A DNA stretch of 64,000 nucleotides from Euprymna scolopes (taxonomy: Eukaryota), in NCBI GenBank assembly GCA_053919585.1, contig CM132797.1. One strand, written 5' to 3'. Each line of letters starts with the position of its first letter. The first letter of the stretch is position 1. The position numbers and the translations under genes were made by a program. A model generated the notes under the pieces. That model did not search any database. It was given only the letters and a program-made list of their open reading frames with translations, and was not told where the DNA came from. Of this stretch, positions 1-11,852 are shown one piece after another.

Positions 1-196
1 AGAGGTGATTTTTAAGGTTTATTGACTTATAATTAAAACTGTTGATTATTGTCGAGTTAATTCCTATATCAGTCACGTAATTTATTTATTTAAAGTCAAA
101 TAATTTTCCACATTGTTCTTTTTTATTCCATTCCATTTTATTTGTACTTAAACCAGGTTTTAGTTGAACAAGAAAATTAAAAACCAATAAATTATG

Positions 197-728
197 CGAA
201 GATTGTGCCAAAAGTAATGCCTCCTATTTTTATTTCCCACACAAATGGATAAGAGGGGATTGCAAACTACCTTGTTATGATGACTGGACGTGTGCATTCA
301 TAATCTGAAAGTTTACTCTGTCTGTTACAGATGTTGACGGTGTAAGACTAAGAAAGCATAAAAAGCAGAGATACGTCACTGAATTGCTGGCAAAAGTTCA
401 TTGAGAATGGTGGTGACTGTAAAAAAAAAATAGTTGCTCGTTTTAATGATAATACTCCCGTATTCATAGCTCTTCCACTCTTTGAGTTAAAAAAAAAAAG
501 GGCTTTATTTTTTGGATCGACCCTTATAAAAAAAAAAGAAAACGCACTCTGGACGCCCATGATGCACAGCCATCGTTCATCGCTGGCAAAAGTGCATTAA
601 GAATGGTGGTGACTAAATTCTGAAGCCACAAAAAGTTGCTAGTTTTAATGGTACAACTCCCATTTTCACAGTTCTTCAACATTTAGAGCTAAAAAAAATA
701 GGAGGCTTTACTTTTTGAATGCCTCTCG
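197..728 (+). mobile_element. Non-autonomous Tc1/mariner derivative
   Basis: Imperfect TIRs cgaagattgtgccaaaagtaatgcctcctattttt (197-) and aaaataggaggctttactttttgaatgcctctcg followed by TA (-728). Internal duplicated segment gctggcaaaagt..gaatggtggtgact (~387 and ~582) reads like a mariner transposase C-terminus (RWQKCI.NGGD). Confidence 0.65.
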
Positions 729-803
729 TAGCTAGTTCCATTGTACAGGTAAAACGCTTAAATGAAAACTAAGCCAGAAAGTGTATAAACAAGTAAATAA
801 CCG

Positions 804-890
804 ACCAGAGTACCCCCTTTTGGGGAGCTGGATTTTCCCCACATTAAAAATCGACATTGTATCTAACTCTGTCCTCGTGAGGAGTAAATA
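804..890 (+). mobile_element. 3' half of U2-headed SINE-like repeat
   Basis: accagagtacc...attaaaaatcgacattgtatctaactctgtcctcgtgagg is the reverse complement of the body at 2940-3025. Confidence 0.6.
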
Positions 891-1847
891 GGAACAAATA
901 AAGAACCGTTCACTTGATACTTATTAACCTTTATCCTCGAGTGGACTTTGGGCCTTGATAAGTTTAAACTCTTAGTTAAAGTGTGGGGGGGGGTCGTAGC
1001 TTCCACGGTTACACCCACTTCCTTCTGCGAATTCAAAAATATGTCCTAGCTCCGGCTCCGGCTCCGCCTATCTAGGTACCAAGCGAAGCGCGCTCATGTT
1101 GCTTGTTTCACGATCAAGAAAATAGCTTGTAGAGTAGAAGCTCGGGATACGGCATTAAAAATTAGTAACAAAATACAGTATATAATACATAGTATATAAT
1201 ATATAGTATATAATATATAATGCACATGTAATCAAATAACACCATAAGGTGGGGTAAATACCGTAACCAGGTGCCAGAAAATCAGCATATGTTATATAGG
1301 TACCTTTTAAAAACGTATCCTAAGGCCACTGTATCTCGGGGACTACTGCATTTTTGGTACTTATACAGTTTAATCAAGACATTAAAAAATTACAATATAG
1401 AACAAAGGTTATATTGTACGCATCCGTTATGGAACGAAGTTCTCTGAAAAAAAATATTTCACTTAATTTCATCAAGTAGTTTTGTTGTTTTTTTTACAGA
1501 CAATAAACAGTTTGTTATGATACCGAGCAAAAGGTTCAATTTTTAGGAAGAAAAGCTAGTATTAAAGATGGGGAGGGAGTGTCGGCGCTTTAAATTGAGT
1601 TATCTTTCCGTGGCGTGTTCCAAAAATTCAAAGATGGCTGACTTCAACGCGTTCTCATAAAAACGTGTTTTTCCGCTGTAAAATAAATAAATAAATAAAC
1701 TACTGATCAAATTAAATGATTTTTTTTTCTGGGATCTTCAGTCCAAAACGGATACGTACAATATAACCTTTTTTGTTTTCGATATTTTCATGTTTAAATC
1801 TCTTGATTAAACTGTACAAGTACAGCCAATCCCCCCACGTGTACCTA

Positions 1848-2238
1848 TTTACAATGCCTCCCCACGGGACAGAGTTAGACACCAGGGTCGTTTTTTAACA
1901 TGGAGAAAAGGTACAAAAATAAAAATTGTCTCAGTCGTGAAGGATTTCTCCTCCACTGAAAGAGAACGAGAAATGGAAGTGCCGCATCTGAAGAACAGAT
2001 GGTATTTATTTGCTCCCCCACCGAGCAAATTAGGCACAAGGCCGATTTTTAATGTGAGGAGTGAAGGGGAAATGGGGACCAACTCCCCGGGGAGTAAGGG
2101 AGCTGGATATTGACAATTGGTATGAAGGGTTGCCCCTACATTGACCAAGGTCTTATATGTGGGGTCGCCCCCACATATGGTCTTTGCTTGCAGTATCTGC
2201 CGGAACAGATACTACACTTTAATCTTGGCCAAAAGGCC
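1848..2238 (-). mobile_element. Tandem pair of U2 snRNA-headed SINE-like elements
   Basis: Reverse complement of 2203-2238 is GGCCTTTTGGCCAAGATTAAAGTGTAGTATCTGTTC, matching the 5' region of U2 snRNA. It is followed by a body shared with 22410-22567 and 32316-32498. A second unit (1848-2001) shares its body with 57712-57838 and 21054-21145. Confidence 0.75.
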
Positions 2239-2532
2239 CCCACGTGTATCTCGATGCTACTAAAACTGTGGATCTTATTTGTTTGTCATGGTGCACACTG
2301 GATGACATCTCAAAGAACTGGCGTCATAAAGGGATGACGTCCTCTACTTAACAGGTTTCATACGACACCGGGAAATCTTTTATGACATAAGGTAGGAATG
2401 ACTGTATCCATTTAAACAGATTATGGTCGTGGTCGACCATTTTCATTTCAAATAGATTTCTCTTATTAACCTTTTCTTTTTCCCACTCCCCGTTTAATTT
2501 CGAGGAAATCCTGGTATTTAAATATGAATATA

Positions 2533-2700
2533 ATATACAGTATAACCACGTTGGTACAAAGGTTCTCGTTCGATCATCAAAGTTAAGCAACGTTGAGCTT
2601 GGTTAGTATCAGATGGATAACCGTAGGGAATACCAAGTACTACTACTGCATGTAGGAGGATGTCGACACCTTCCTGCAAGAACTGAGAAGAAAAAAAAAA
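2533..2700 (+). mobile_element. 5S rRNA-derived SINE (SINE3-like), body type B
   Basis: accacgttggtacaaaggttctcgttcgatcatcaaagttaagcaacgttgagcttggttagtatcagatggataaccgtagggaatacc is 5S-like. It is followed by tgtaggaggatgtcgacaccttcctgcaag, shared with 27177-27205 (minus), then an A tail. Confidence 0.75.
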
Positions 2701-2934
2701 TACGTAACATGCGGTCGCAGCCGAGATTGAACTCACTACACAAGTTTGCAGCTTAATTCAAATCTTGTCGGTAGTTGAATACTTGATGCTTCACCAGGGC
2801 TATCAAGGGTATTTTTTATCGTGACGTCATCACTAAATGGGTTGCCTACCATGACTTAAGAGAGGCCCATCTACCCTCGAGAGAAGGATAGACCGCGCTA
2901 GTTTCTCAACCTTGTATTTTTTTGTTTTGTTTTG

Positions 2935-3117
2935 TCTACTTGCCTTCCCACGAGGGCAGAGTTAGACACAATGTCGGTTTTTAATATGGGGGAGGACCAG
3001 CTCCTCCAAAAGAGGTACTCTGGTTAGTAGCAAAAATAAAAAATGTATTAGTCATTGAGGATTTCTCCTCCACTAACCCAGACCAAAAAAAAAGTGTCAC
3101 TCGGAACTGTACTTTAC
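2935..3117 (-). mobile_element. U2-headed SINE-like repeat copy (head degenerate)
   Basis: tgccttcccacgagggcagagttagacac...gaggatttctcctccact matches 1855-1957 and 32316-32450. Confidence 0.65.
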
Positions 3118-4785
3118 CTCATGCCGCAGGTCCTGAGAAACCTTTTTTTTTTTTTTTTTTACTGCATTAAACAAGTCCATTTATTGTTTCTCCGTATTAG
3201 AATTAAAAAAAAAAAAAACTAATCGCTTGAATAATTACATAATCCATGCATAAGTTGAACAACAAATTTATTTTAAAAGACAAAAAATAAATAAGATAAA
3301 AAATAAATAAGATAATGCATACAGATCTGTATGCGATAATAAAAAAAATGTATTTAACATCAAAAAACTACTCACAATTTGAGCCTTTTACAAAAAAACA
3401 AAAACAAAACAAACAGTTCTGGATGAATAGCGAACGTTTTCGTATTTTCTTTGCTTTGTTCTTTTCTCTTTTTTTTTAAGAAGCAGACGACTTTTTTAGC
3501 ATAAAGATCTTTGTGGGCTTTAAAATAAAACTTTACATTAAAAGATGCAAACAATTTCTTTTATAAAAAAAAAGGTAAAACTATACAAACANNNNNNNNN
3601 NNNNNNNNNNNNNNNNNNNNNNNNNNNNNNNNNNNNNNNNNNNNNNNNNNNNNNNNNNNNNNNNNNNNNNNNNNNNNNNNNNNNNNNNNNNNNNNNNNNN
3701 NNNNNNNNNNNNNNNNNNNNNNNNNNNNNNNNNTGTATAATAATACCAAAAAAAAAGTTCTTTTGGGTTTTTTTTTTAATTATTATCATTATTTGAAATT
3801 TGACGGAAAGTGTATTGAAAATAATTCTTTTGGGTTCTTTTTTTTTTAATTTTCTTTTAGGAAATCTTGCCAGACTGAGGAAATTTTATGAAAAACAATT
3901 CAGGGGCGCCCTCTCGGGAAAATTTTGTTAAAAATCTGAAAAGGAAAAATGCTGAAAAACTAAATAGCTAAATATAGCTTTTAGTAATCTTTCTTTAATT
4001 TTTATTACGAATTAAAAATCATTTGAGCTCAAGAAACCCTTTGTTAACTTTCTTTGCAGAGAATACTCTGCAACAATTTTCTTGTTTCATTCGCTTATAT
4101 TTGTTGTTGTTGTTGTTGTATTTATCTATCTATCTATCTATTTATCTTTACTATAATAATTAATATTCCTTTTAACAATAAAGTCACACAGACTACAAAC
4201 TTTCGGATTTCTAATCGAAAGATGAATAGTTCCCTCTGGGAACTTCCATTCAAAGATTGCTGAAAATATTTTTAATATTTTGGATCTCTTCCAAAATATT
4301 TTAAAACAAATATTGCAATTCTTCTTAATATTTTTACTCTGTCAAAATATTTAATTCTTTACCCAGGTCAATTTCCCGGTAGAAAGTTTTTTTCTTTACG
4401 AAAGGATATCAAAGCTCAAATGAATCAACTTTGAGATCAATCGTTTCAACTTGTTACAACATTTTTATAAAGATTTTAACGAAGAAACATTTTTAAAAAA
4501 GGGTAGAAATGTTTCTCCGGAGAAAGGGCTTAGCAAAAAAAAAAAAAAAGTTTGTAAAATTTATTTTTAATTGGATTGAATATTTTTTCAAGATGTATGA
4601 ATTTTGGGCGGTTTATTTGAATACGGCAGACGATCTTTTTGGGGTCTTTTCATTGCCTGTTTTGGGTCACGTGATGTAAATAAAGAAACCGAAGTTTTCT
4701 TGTTTAGTAAAATTAACAAATATAATCAGATTGGAAAATATTTCCGAACTATTTAGTTCAGCCATTTTCTAGTCTCTTTATAAAA

Positions 4786-5796
4786 AAACATAAAGCGGAA
4801 GACCAGTACCCGCATTAAGCTGGTATGCAGTTTGACTTGTTGCTGGCTATCTTGCTCTTGCTTGTTGCTGCATCTCAACATTTTGAACCGAGAGAGAGAG
4901 AGACTTAGTTGTCGTACAAAGCTAAAACTCTGCAATAACATGTTTGTACAGACCCTCCCTCAGACATTTATCTACAAAAAATGTCCTGTGGCGATGGAAA
5001 AGTTGTAACGCGTGCAGGCCTGACAGGCTGGAAGCATGTAATAGCNNNNNNNNNNNNNNNNNNNNNNNNNNNNNNNNNNNNNNNNNNNNNNNNNNNNNNN
5101 NNNNNNNNNNNNNNNNNNNNNNNNNNNNNNNNNNNNNNNNNNNNNNNNNNNNNNNNNNNNNNNNNNNNNNNNNNNNNNNNNNNNNNNNNNNNNNNNNNNN
5201 NNNNNNNNNNNNNNNNNNNNNNNNNNNNNNNNNNNNNNNNNNNNNNNNNNNNNNNNNNNNNNNNNNNNNNNTATCGGTATGCATGCATATATGTGCATGT
5301 ATGTATGTATGTATGTATATGTGTGTATATATGTATTTGTATGTATATGTATGTGCATATGTGTATGTATATTTATATATATGCATGTGCGTGTGTATGT
5401 ANNNNNNNNNNNNNNNNNNNNNNNNNNNNNNNNNNNNNNNNNNNNNNNNNNNNNNNNNNNNNNNNNNNNNNNNNNNNNNNNNNNNNNNNNNNNNNNNNNN
5501 NNNNNNNNNNNNNNNNNNNNNNNNNNNNNNNNNNNNNNNNNNNNNNNNNNAAAGGAACAAACCGTATTATGTGTTCACCAACGTTTCGTCTTTATTTCGA
5601 GACTTCCAGGAAGTCTCGAAATAAAGACGAAACGTTGGTGAACACGTCATACGGTTTGCTCCTTTTTTATTTTCTCTATTTTGTCGGAATACTATTTCCA
5701 TTATTTTCATCATATGTATATGTGTGTATGTATATATATGTATGTGTATATGTGTGTGTACGTGTATGTGCATATATATTTGTATGTGTGCATATA

Positions 5797-5853
<57 letters not shown>

Positions 5854-5997
5854 CAATGACCGTTTTCAGTGTCATTCTGCTGCTTGAGGGTGTGTAAGTT
5901 GTTCATGGGACTGAAAGGTCATCTTCGGGCACATAGGCTTTCAGTGACCGAGGGAATAGGGATTGGCGAGACTGAACAAGATGTTGCAATTATCATA
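4786..5997 (+). mobile_element. Dispersed repeat (probably RTE-derived, non-autonomous), interrupted by gaps, microsatellites and a palindrome
   Basis: 4790-5000 is near-identical to 61163-61370 (cataaagcgg.agaccagtacccgcattaagctgg...). 5920-5997 matches 61370-61441 (caaga.gttgcaat.atcat). Confidence 0.6.
5551..5665. repeat. ~115-bp near-perfect palindrome built from a hammerhead-like (Penelope pLTR-type) motif
   Basis: gtgttcaccaacgtttcgtctttatttcgagacttcc-a-ggaagtctcgaaataaagacgaaacgttggtgaacac, centred on 5608. Confidence 0.85.
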
Positions 5998-6149
5998 GCA
6001 ATATAATTAATTTAAAGTATACTTTAATTATTTATTTATCTATTTATTTTATTAAGCCCCTTTTTTTAACAGCAATAAAGGATTCCACCCCCCTCCTTCT
6101 CGCTAACAAGGAGTTACAATTACCAATTCAAGTTTAGCGCGCATTTCAT

Positions 6150-7714
6150 TTACGTCATCGGTAACCACAATAATTTTCCTAGACGTCATTCAAAAACATG
6201 CCGGCTGTGATAATAGAAAATAGTTCCTAATATTTTTCTCTTAGTTTCATTTAAATCATGATTTAGAATTCATAAAAAATAAAAGAAAACATTTTGCAAT
6301 GTAAACTAAACTTATTTTATAAAGTTTTTGTTTTGTTAAATCTTGAATTTTTTTTATTAAACATTCTTATATGATTCACAATATGATGGGTGTGGTTTGG
6401 TCATATAAAACGAGAACGCTGCTACTATTTTAGAATAGTCATGGCTGCATGTTGGAGTGGAGCAGAGCTGTGAAGGGGGTGCCGTGTGCTGCACACCCTT
6501 CTCTGCATTGGAAATATATTTTAATATATAAAACTGCTTTTGAACAGTAAAAGTAATTGTAAAAGAAATAATAATACACAAAAACTACCAAAATATATAT
6601 ACCATTTTTTTTCTGGAACGTCATAAAATACAGGACAGCAGGGAATTTTTTTGCGCAAATAACGTTGAGGTAAAAAAAAAAACGCCTATTTTTTAAATAT
6701 ATTTGCTTTTGATATGCCTGGATTTTACCGAATTACCAAATCTTCAACACAAAGTTTGTATAAAGAAAGGGCTTCCCTTAAATACAACTGAACCTTTTTC
6801 GAAAAAGGAATTTTTGTTATGGATGTCATTCTGAAATCAATTGAAAAAATGGATTTTTAGTTCTGATTTTTTTTTTTTTTATTTTAACCATTACATTCTT
6901 GTATCTTTGATGTATGGACTCTAGTCTTTCATTTAATCATTTGTTTGTTTTTTTTTAATTTTATAAATTCGTATTTTTTTAAATCAATTATTGTAAAAAA
7001 ATGGCTTTCATTGTAGATGTTTCGGTTTGACCGCATTTTAAGAATTTTTATTTATTTATTAAATATGTCAAATTGAAGAAAAAAAGTATTTTAAAACCTA
7101 AATCCGGACAAAAAAAAAATATTTGTTCCGCTTTTATAAAACTGCTTTGCGTCATTTATGGACCTGCTAATATAATCGTTGTTTTTTAATAAAAGAAAAT
7201 GGCTATTATGAAACTGCAAGATTATTAAATGCTGACGCAATGCTTAAAGTATTATTAAATGTAAATTGTGATAATGAAGACCTCAGTTACATATCCAGGA
7301 ATGTTTGCTACGAAGTTCCACAGACCTTGATCGCGAACCCTACCTTGGAATTTACCTACACTGCCAGAAATCTAGTCGCAAGAAAACTTATACCACACAA
7401 ATTTCGTCATCACATTTCACAATCACATGACACCCGCAAATTAATATTTCACCATTGTTACTTATAAAATCTTACCCATCCTAAATCAGATAAGTTTATA
7501 ATAAACTCATATCTGTAAGAATGTCTCTGTGATCATTATTTGGTCACACTTAAACTGAACTGATCATTTCTTAAAGAACCTAATAGTTCCAAAGAAATGT
7601 TTTCTTTTTCGTGATATATTTGCGACGTCGGTACTTATTACGAATTTAATGTTTGTCATTTTGTATTTAAAACGTCCAGAATTGTGACTCCATTTACTAA
7701 TTTACTTGACGTCA
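6150..7714 (+). promoter_or_regulatory. Putative Tribbles promoter region with clustered bZIP sites and a TATA box
   Basis: TTACGTCAT 6150, GACGTCAT 6182, TTTTGCAAT 6292, TATAAAA 6404, TTGCGCAA 6651, TTTGCGTCAT 7146, TGACGCAAT 7233, TGACGTCA 7707. The region is free of recognisable TEs and lies just upstream of the first coding exon. Confidence 0.4.
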
Positions 7715-8215
7715 ACGAAAGTGCGACCCCCTTTTTATATTCTTGTGAAATAGAAAGGCGTAAAAAAAAAAAATAATTGAAAGAAATTCTAACACATTCC
7801 ACACTTAAGCTTAAAAAAAAACTGGGTAAATAAAAGCTTAGTTTATAAGCAATCAATTATAGCACAATTATTAAATCATTCTTTTCCTTTGCAAAATAAA
7901 ATAAAAATAAATAAACAAGAATACCTTTATTTCAGCAAAGAATTAGGTGCAAGCTAATATTTTATTAAAAATTATAGTCACCTTGGATGTCTGTTAATCA
8001 AGCAGACGGAATAATAAAATCAATTTAATCTCATAAAAGATAAAAGAATTGACTTAACACTTGTCGACAGTTCCACAGTATCGATCACATACATACAATC
8101 GAGTGCTATCAATTAAAAACCTACTTTCATATAAAATATATATTATAATTGTGTTTTTGAGCTACCTCGTGCGTTACCCGTTCTCAGCTGTTTTGCAGTT
8201 TTTAACTGCTCACTT

Positions 8216-8491
8216 ATGAGTTTTATAACCAGTATTTCTTCAACAAGACTGGGACCACCGTTTTGCAATGCTCCCCCGGGGGAGGAGAAAAAAACAGAGG
8301 ACGAAATCAATAACCCCGCGACAAACCAGGGCAATTTAAGTCCTGATTTACTATTGTCCTATCAACCAGAGTTTCCAAAATCCAGTGGCAGTCTGTACGT
8401 AGACAAATATATTCTTACTGAAATACGAGAACAAGAACAAGATATTTACAATGCGCGAAACATTCTTACAAATGAGGAATCAATATGTAAA
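8216..8491 (+). CDS. TRIB: Tribbles homolog (pseudokinase), first coding exon, 92 codons
   Basis: ATG at 8216. A PEST-like N-terminus is followed by YVDKYILTEIREQEQDIYNARNILTNEESICK, resembling the Tribbles N-lobe (KYLLLE...GEELVCK). It ends at a perfect phase-0 donor AAA|GTAAGT (8492) and joins in frame to VFPV at 62362. A possible upstream acceptor ttttgcAG lies at 8197-8198. Confidence 0.85.
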
Positions 8492-8523
8492 GTAAGTTTT
8501 TGCCCCCCTTTTTTTCCTTTTAA

Positions 8524-9776
8524 AGTTATGGCAGAATTATACAACCATTACCTCCCTGCGTAATTTCTATTACTGATAGGTGATAGGTTTCTTGAAATTT
8601 TTTTTTCACTGGATTATTATTGATTGGACACTAAATAACCAGATTATGAAAAAAAATTGAAAAAAAAAAAAATCATTTCGACTTTTGAAAGGAGGTGCTC
8701 ACTTTTTAGTTATAACGTTATGGTAAATCGGTCACCCATTTTGTAACCAATAAAAATGCGGATATATCAAAACCATAGAAAATAAAAATGACAAGTCTAC
8801 CGCATTTGCAAGTCAGAAATATTTTGTTTCTCAAAAAAAACAAAAAAGATAGAATGAAACATGACTTTTTTTTATTGTTTTAGTACTCCATGCACTTATT
8901 GATCCGTGCTGAAATAATAACGTTATTATTTAAAAAGCCATTCTTTTTAACATGGGAAGAGTGTTTTGTACCTATTCTGTACTTCAACCTTACAATTGAA
9001 TAAAAAAACATATAAAACTTTAAGGTACTAGTGCAGAGAGTGATCCGGACGTAAATAATAACCTTATTAAAGTCATTCTTAATATGGGGAGGGTGTTTTG
9101 TACCTATTCTATACTTCAACCTTACAATTGAATAAAAAAAAAACAAAAAAAAAAACTTTAATTAAACTTGGAAATACGATTTAAAAAAATAGCGCGGCGG
9201 ATCAGATCAGTCAGATAGATCACTGATCCGCCGGATCAGTAAGTGCATTACTGCAGCACCATTGTTTTTTATGAAAATAAAGTTTCGAGTTTCTTTTAAC
9301 TTATTTAGTTTTGGGTGTTTGTATTACTGTACACATAGATCCGAAAAAGTTGTCAAAAAACAAATATATAACAAGTAAATGTTATCAAAAGCAATATAAG
9401 TTACTTTTCTATCTAACTGGGTATGTTTTTAGTGTTTTTATTTAATGTAGCAGTTTGTAGCATGTTTTTTTTTTTTTTTTTTTTAATTTTCATATCATAC
9501 TCAATACATTGTCACCATGGGACCATTTCATATCTTCCGTGTTTAGAAGAAAAAAGAAAGAAAAAAAAAGGGGTGACCGATTTACCAGAACGTTTTAACT
9601 AAAAAGTGAGCACCTCCTTTCAAATGTCGAAATAATGATTTAAAAAAAAAATTTTTTTCATAATCTGGTTATTTAGTGTCTAATCAATAATAATCCAGTG
9701 AAAAAATTTCCAAAAACCTATCGGTATAGAAATCACGCGGGGAGTGATGTATGTTTGTACAATTCTGCCGTTAACT
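8524..9776. mobile_element. Foldback/MITE DNA element with ~210-bp TIRs and nested insertions
   Basis: 8524-8737 is the reverse complement of 9571-9776 (e.g. aaaggaggtgctcactttttagtt / aactaaaaagtgagcacctccttt). Confidence 0.8.
8881..9260. mobile_element. Small GGT(A/G)CT-ended MITE, internally duplicated, nested in the 8524-9776 element
   Basis: tgcacttattgatccgtgctgaaata...gtgttttgtacctattctgtacttcaaccttacaattgaat...cggatcagtaagtgca matches copies at 12191-12381 and 17292-17486. Confidence 0.7.
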
Positions 9777-10985
9777 GTTTGAATCTGGTTTAATTGTTTA
9801 CATTAACTGTATTTACATTGTTAAATTCTTTTCTTTTAAAGTTATTTTATTTTGAATTATTTGCTTAAACTGTCTACTTACATTATTAAGTTCTTTTTTG
9901 TGTGTGTTTTTACTTCAAATGCTGTCGTATATAAGAAATTTCCCCACGAGTACCTTTTACGTGTTTGTTTATTTATTTATTTTTTTTTTTTTTTTGCGCT
10001 AACCATGAGGTTAAGGCGTTTCACATAATTTCAAGATTCACATTTTTTTTTTATATTATTATTAAATATCATGGTTTATATATATGTATATATATATATA
10101 TTATTTCAATTTCTTTAAAAAAAAAAAAAAAAAATTAAAACGTGTTCGGTTTGTATTCCTTTGTGATGATAAAGGGATTCTCTCTTAATTCATTGAACAT
10201 GACTTCTTTGTTTAATCATGGAACTTGAAACCTTTTGACATGTTTTAATTCTTTGTTAACCGAAATCCTTTTTACTTTAACTACAGGAAAAAGGTTAATT
10301 TAATAATGAGGTATTAATTTTTTCACTAAATTTTTTTCCTTGTCCTTGTGTGTGTATTTTCACCTATGATTCATTTTCTTTTGTAAAAGAATATTTAACT
10401 CGACAGAATTTTGTTTTGTAACGTTTTAAAAATAAATTCATAAAAGAAAACTGTTTTAACAAGTTTAAGTAAAGAAACTAATGGATGCGTTAAATTACTT
10501 TAAACAAAAAAAAAAGTTTTTCAGAAACAAAAGACTAATTCTATTGTCTCCCCGTTGGTCATTGTTTTTTACTTTTTTGTATGACAAATCGAAATTGAAT
10601 TTTGCAGTTGCCACCTGGTTGCTTTTAATGTATTAAGTTTAATTTGAAAACAAATGAATTCCTAAAAACGAACTTATGGATTTCCCCAAACTTAATAATT
10701 CCAGGATGTTTTTCTTGCGTCATACTTTTTCCTTTCTTAAAATACACGCTCATAAAAAAAAATAACTCGAATGGCTACTTCATGTTGCCTGGGAAATGTA
10801 TATTAAAAAATAAAAATCATAATAGAATCACGATTGGAGGGGTGGGGATCTAAAACCATATTTATTTTCGGTGATTACGTGTGAACATTTTGAAAAGTTT
10901 TGCAACAAAAAAAATGGTAAATGTTACCTTACGCTACAACAGAACACCACCAACACCACCGACCGCTCTAATTTGTATTTTAGGG

Positions 10986-11568
10986 GGGGTTGTATTACTG
11001 TACACATAGATTCGAAAAAGTTTTCAAAAAACAAATAAATGTTATCAAAGGCAAGATAAATTACTTTTCTACCAAACTGGATATAATTTTCGTGTTTTTA
11101 TTCAATTTAACATGTTTATTCAGCTCGTAAAGCATACAGTGTTTACCGATGTATTGGAAAATTCAAAATGGCGTCTGACTCTCTCTTTAACACGGTAAGT
11201 TTGGAAAAAGGTGTAATAAATAATAAACTAGACAAAATACTGTTAGAAATTCACTCAATATATGTTACCGTGACATAACTTGACATATATTCGGTGGTTT
11301 TTAATAGTATTTTGTCTAGTTTATTTATAACACCTTTTCCCGAACTTGCCGTGTTAAAGAGAGAGTCGGCCGCCATTTTGAATTTTCCAATACATCGGTA
11401 AACACTGTATGCTTTTCGAGCTGAATAAACATGTTAAATTGAATAAAAACACGAAAATTATATCCAGTTTGGTAGAAAAGTAACTTATATTGCCTTTGAT
11501 AACATTTATTTGTTATATATTTGTTTTTTGAAAACTTTTTCGAATCTGTGTACAGTAATACAAACCCC
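10986..11568. mobile_element. ~580-bp almost fully palindromic MITE (GGGG termini)
   Basis: ggggttgtattactgtacac ... gtgtacagtaatacaaacccc. The arms pair along the whole length. A partial copy lies at ~9313-9450. Confidence 0.85.
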
Positions 11569-11852
11569 GACCAACTATTCCCCTAGCCTTCATCAGGATC
11601 CCACGTGGTTTACCACCTGACGAGTAATAGTTAGCCGAAACGTTGTTAAACATCTTAGAAAGATGAGGATAATAGTCCGCAATAAATAAATTAATAACGT
11701 TATTATTAAAAAAAAATCATTCTTAACATGGCTTTACTTTCACTTGTTAACTTAATAAACAAATATATCGTAAAAATTGAATTTCAATTGGAAATACTAT
11801 TTAAAATATAAATGCATAAGCAGCATTTTTAATATTTTATAGAATTTAAATT

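Noticed and set aside
3538-5906. Long ORFs rich in X, HT, YI or CV repeats
   Set aside because: Artefacts of N gaps and dinucleotide microsatellites. The same applies to ORFs at 28064-28577, 30281-30555, 40107-40583 and 60910-61143.
8492-8563. C-terminal part of ORF 8216-8563 (VSFCPPFF...)
   Set aside because: Read-through past the GTAAGT donor into intron and TE sequence.
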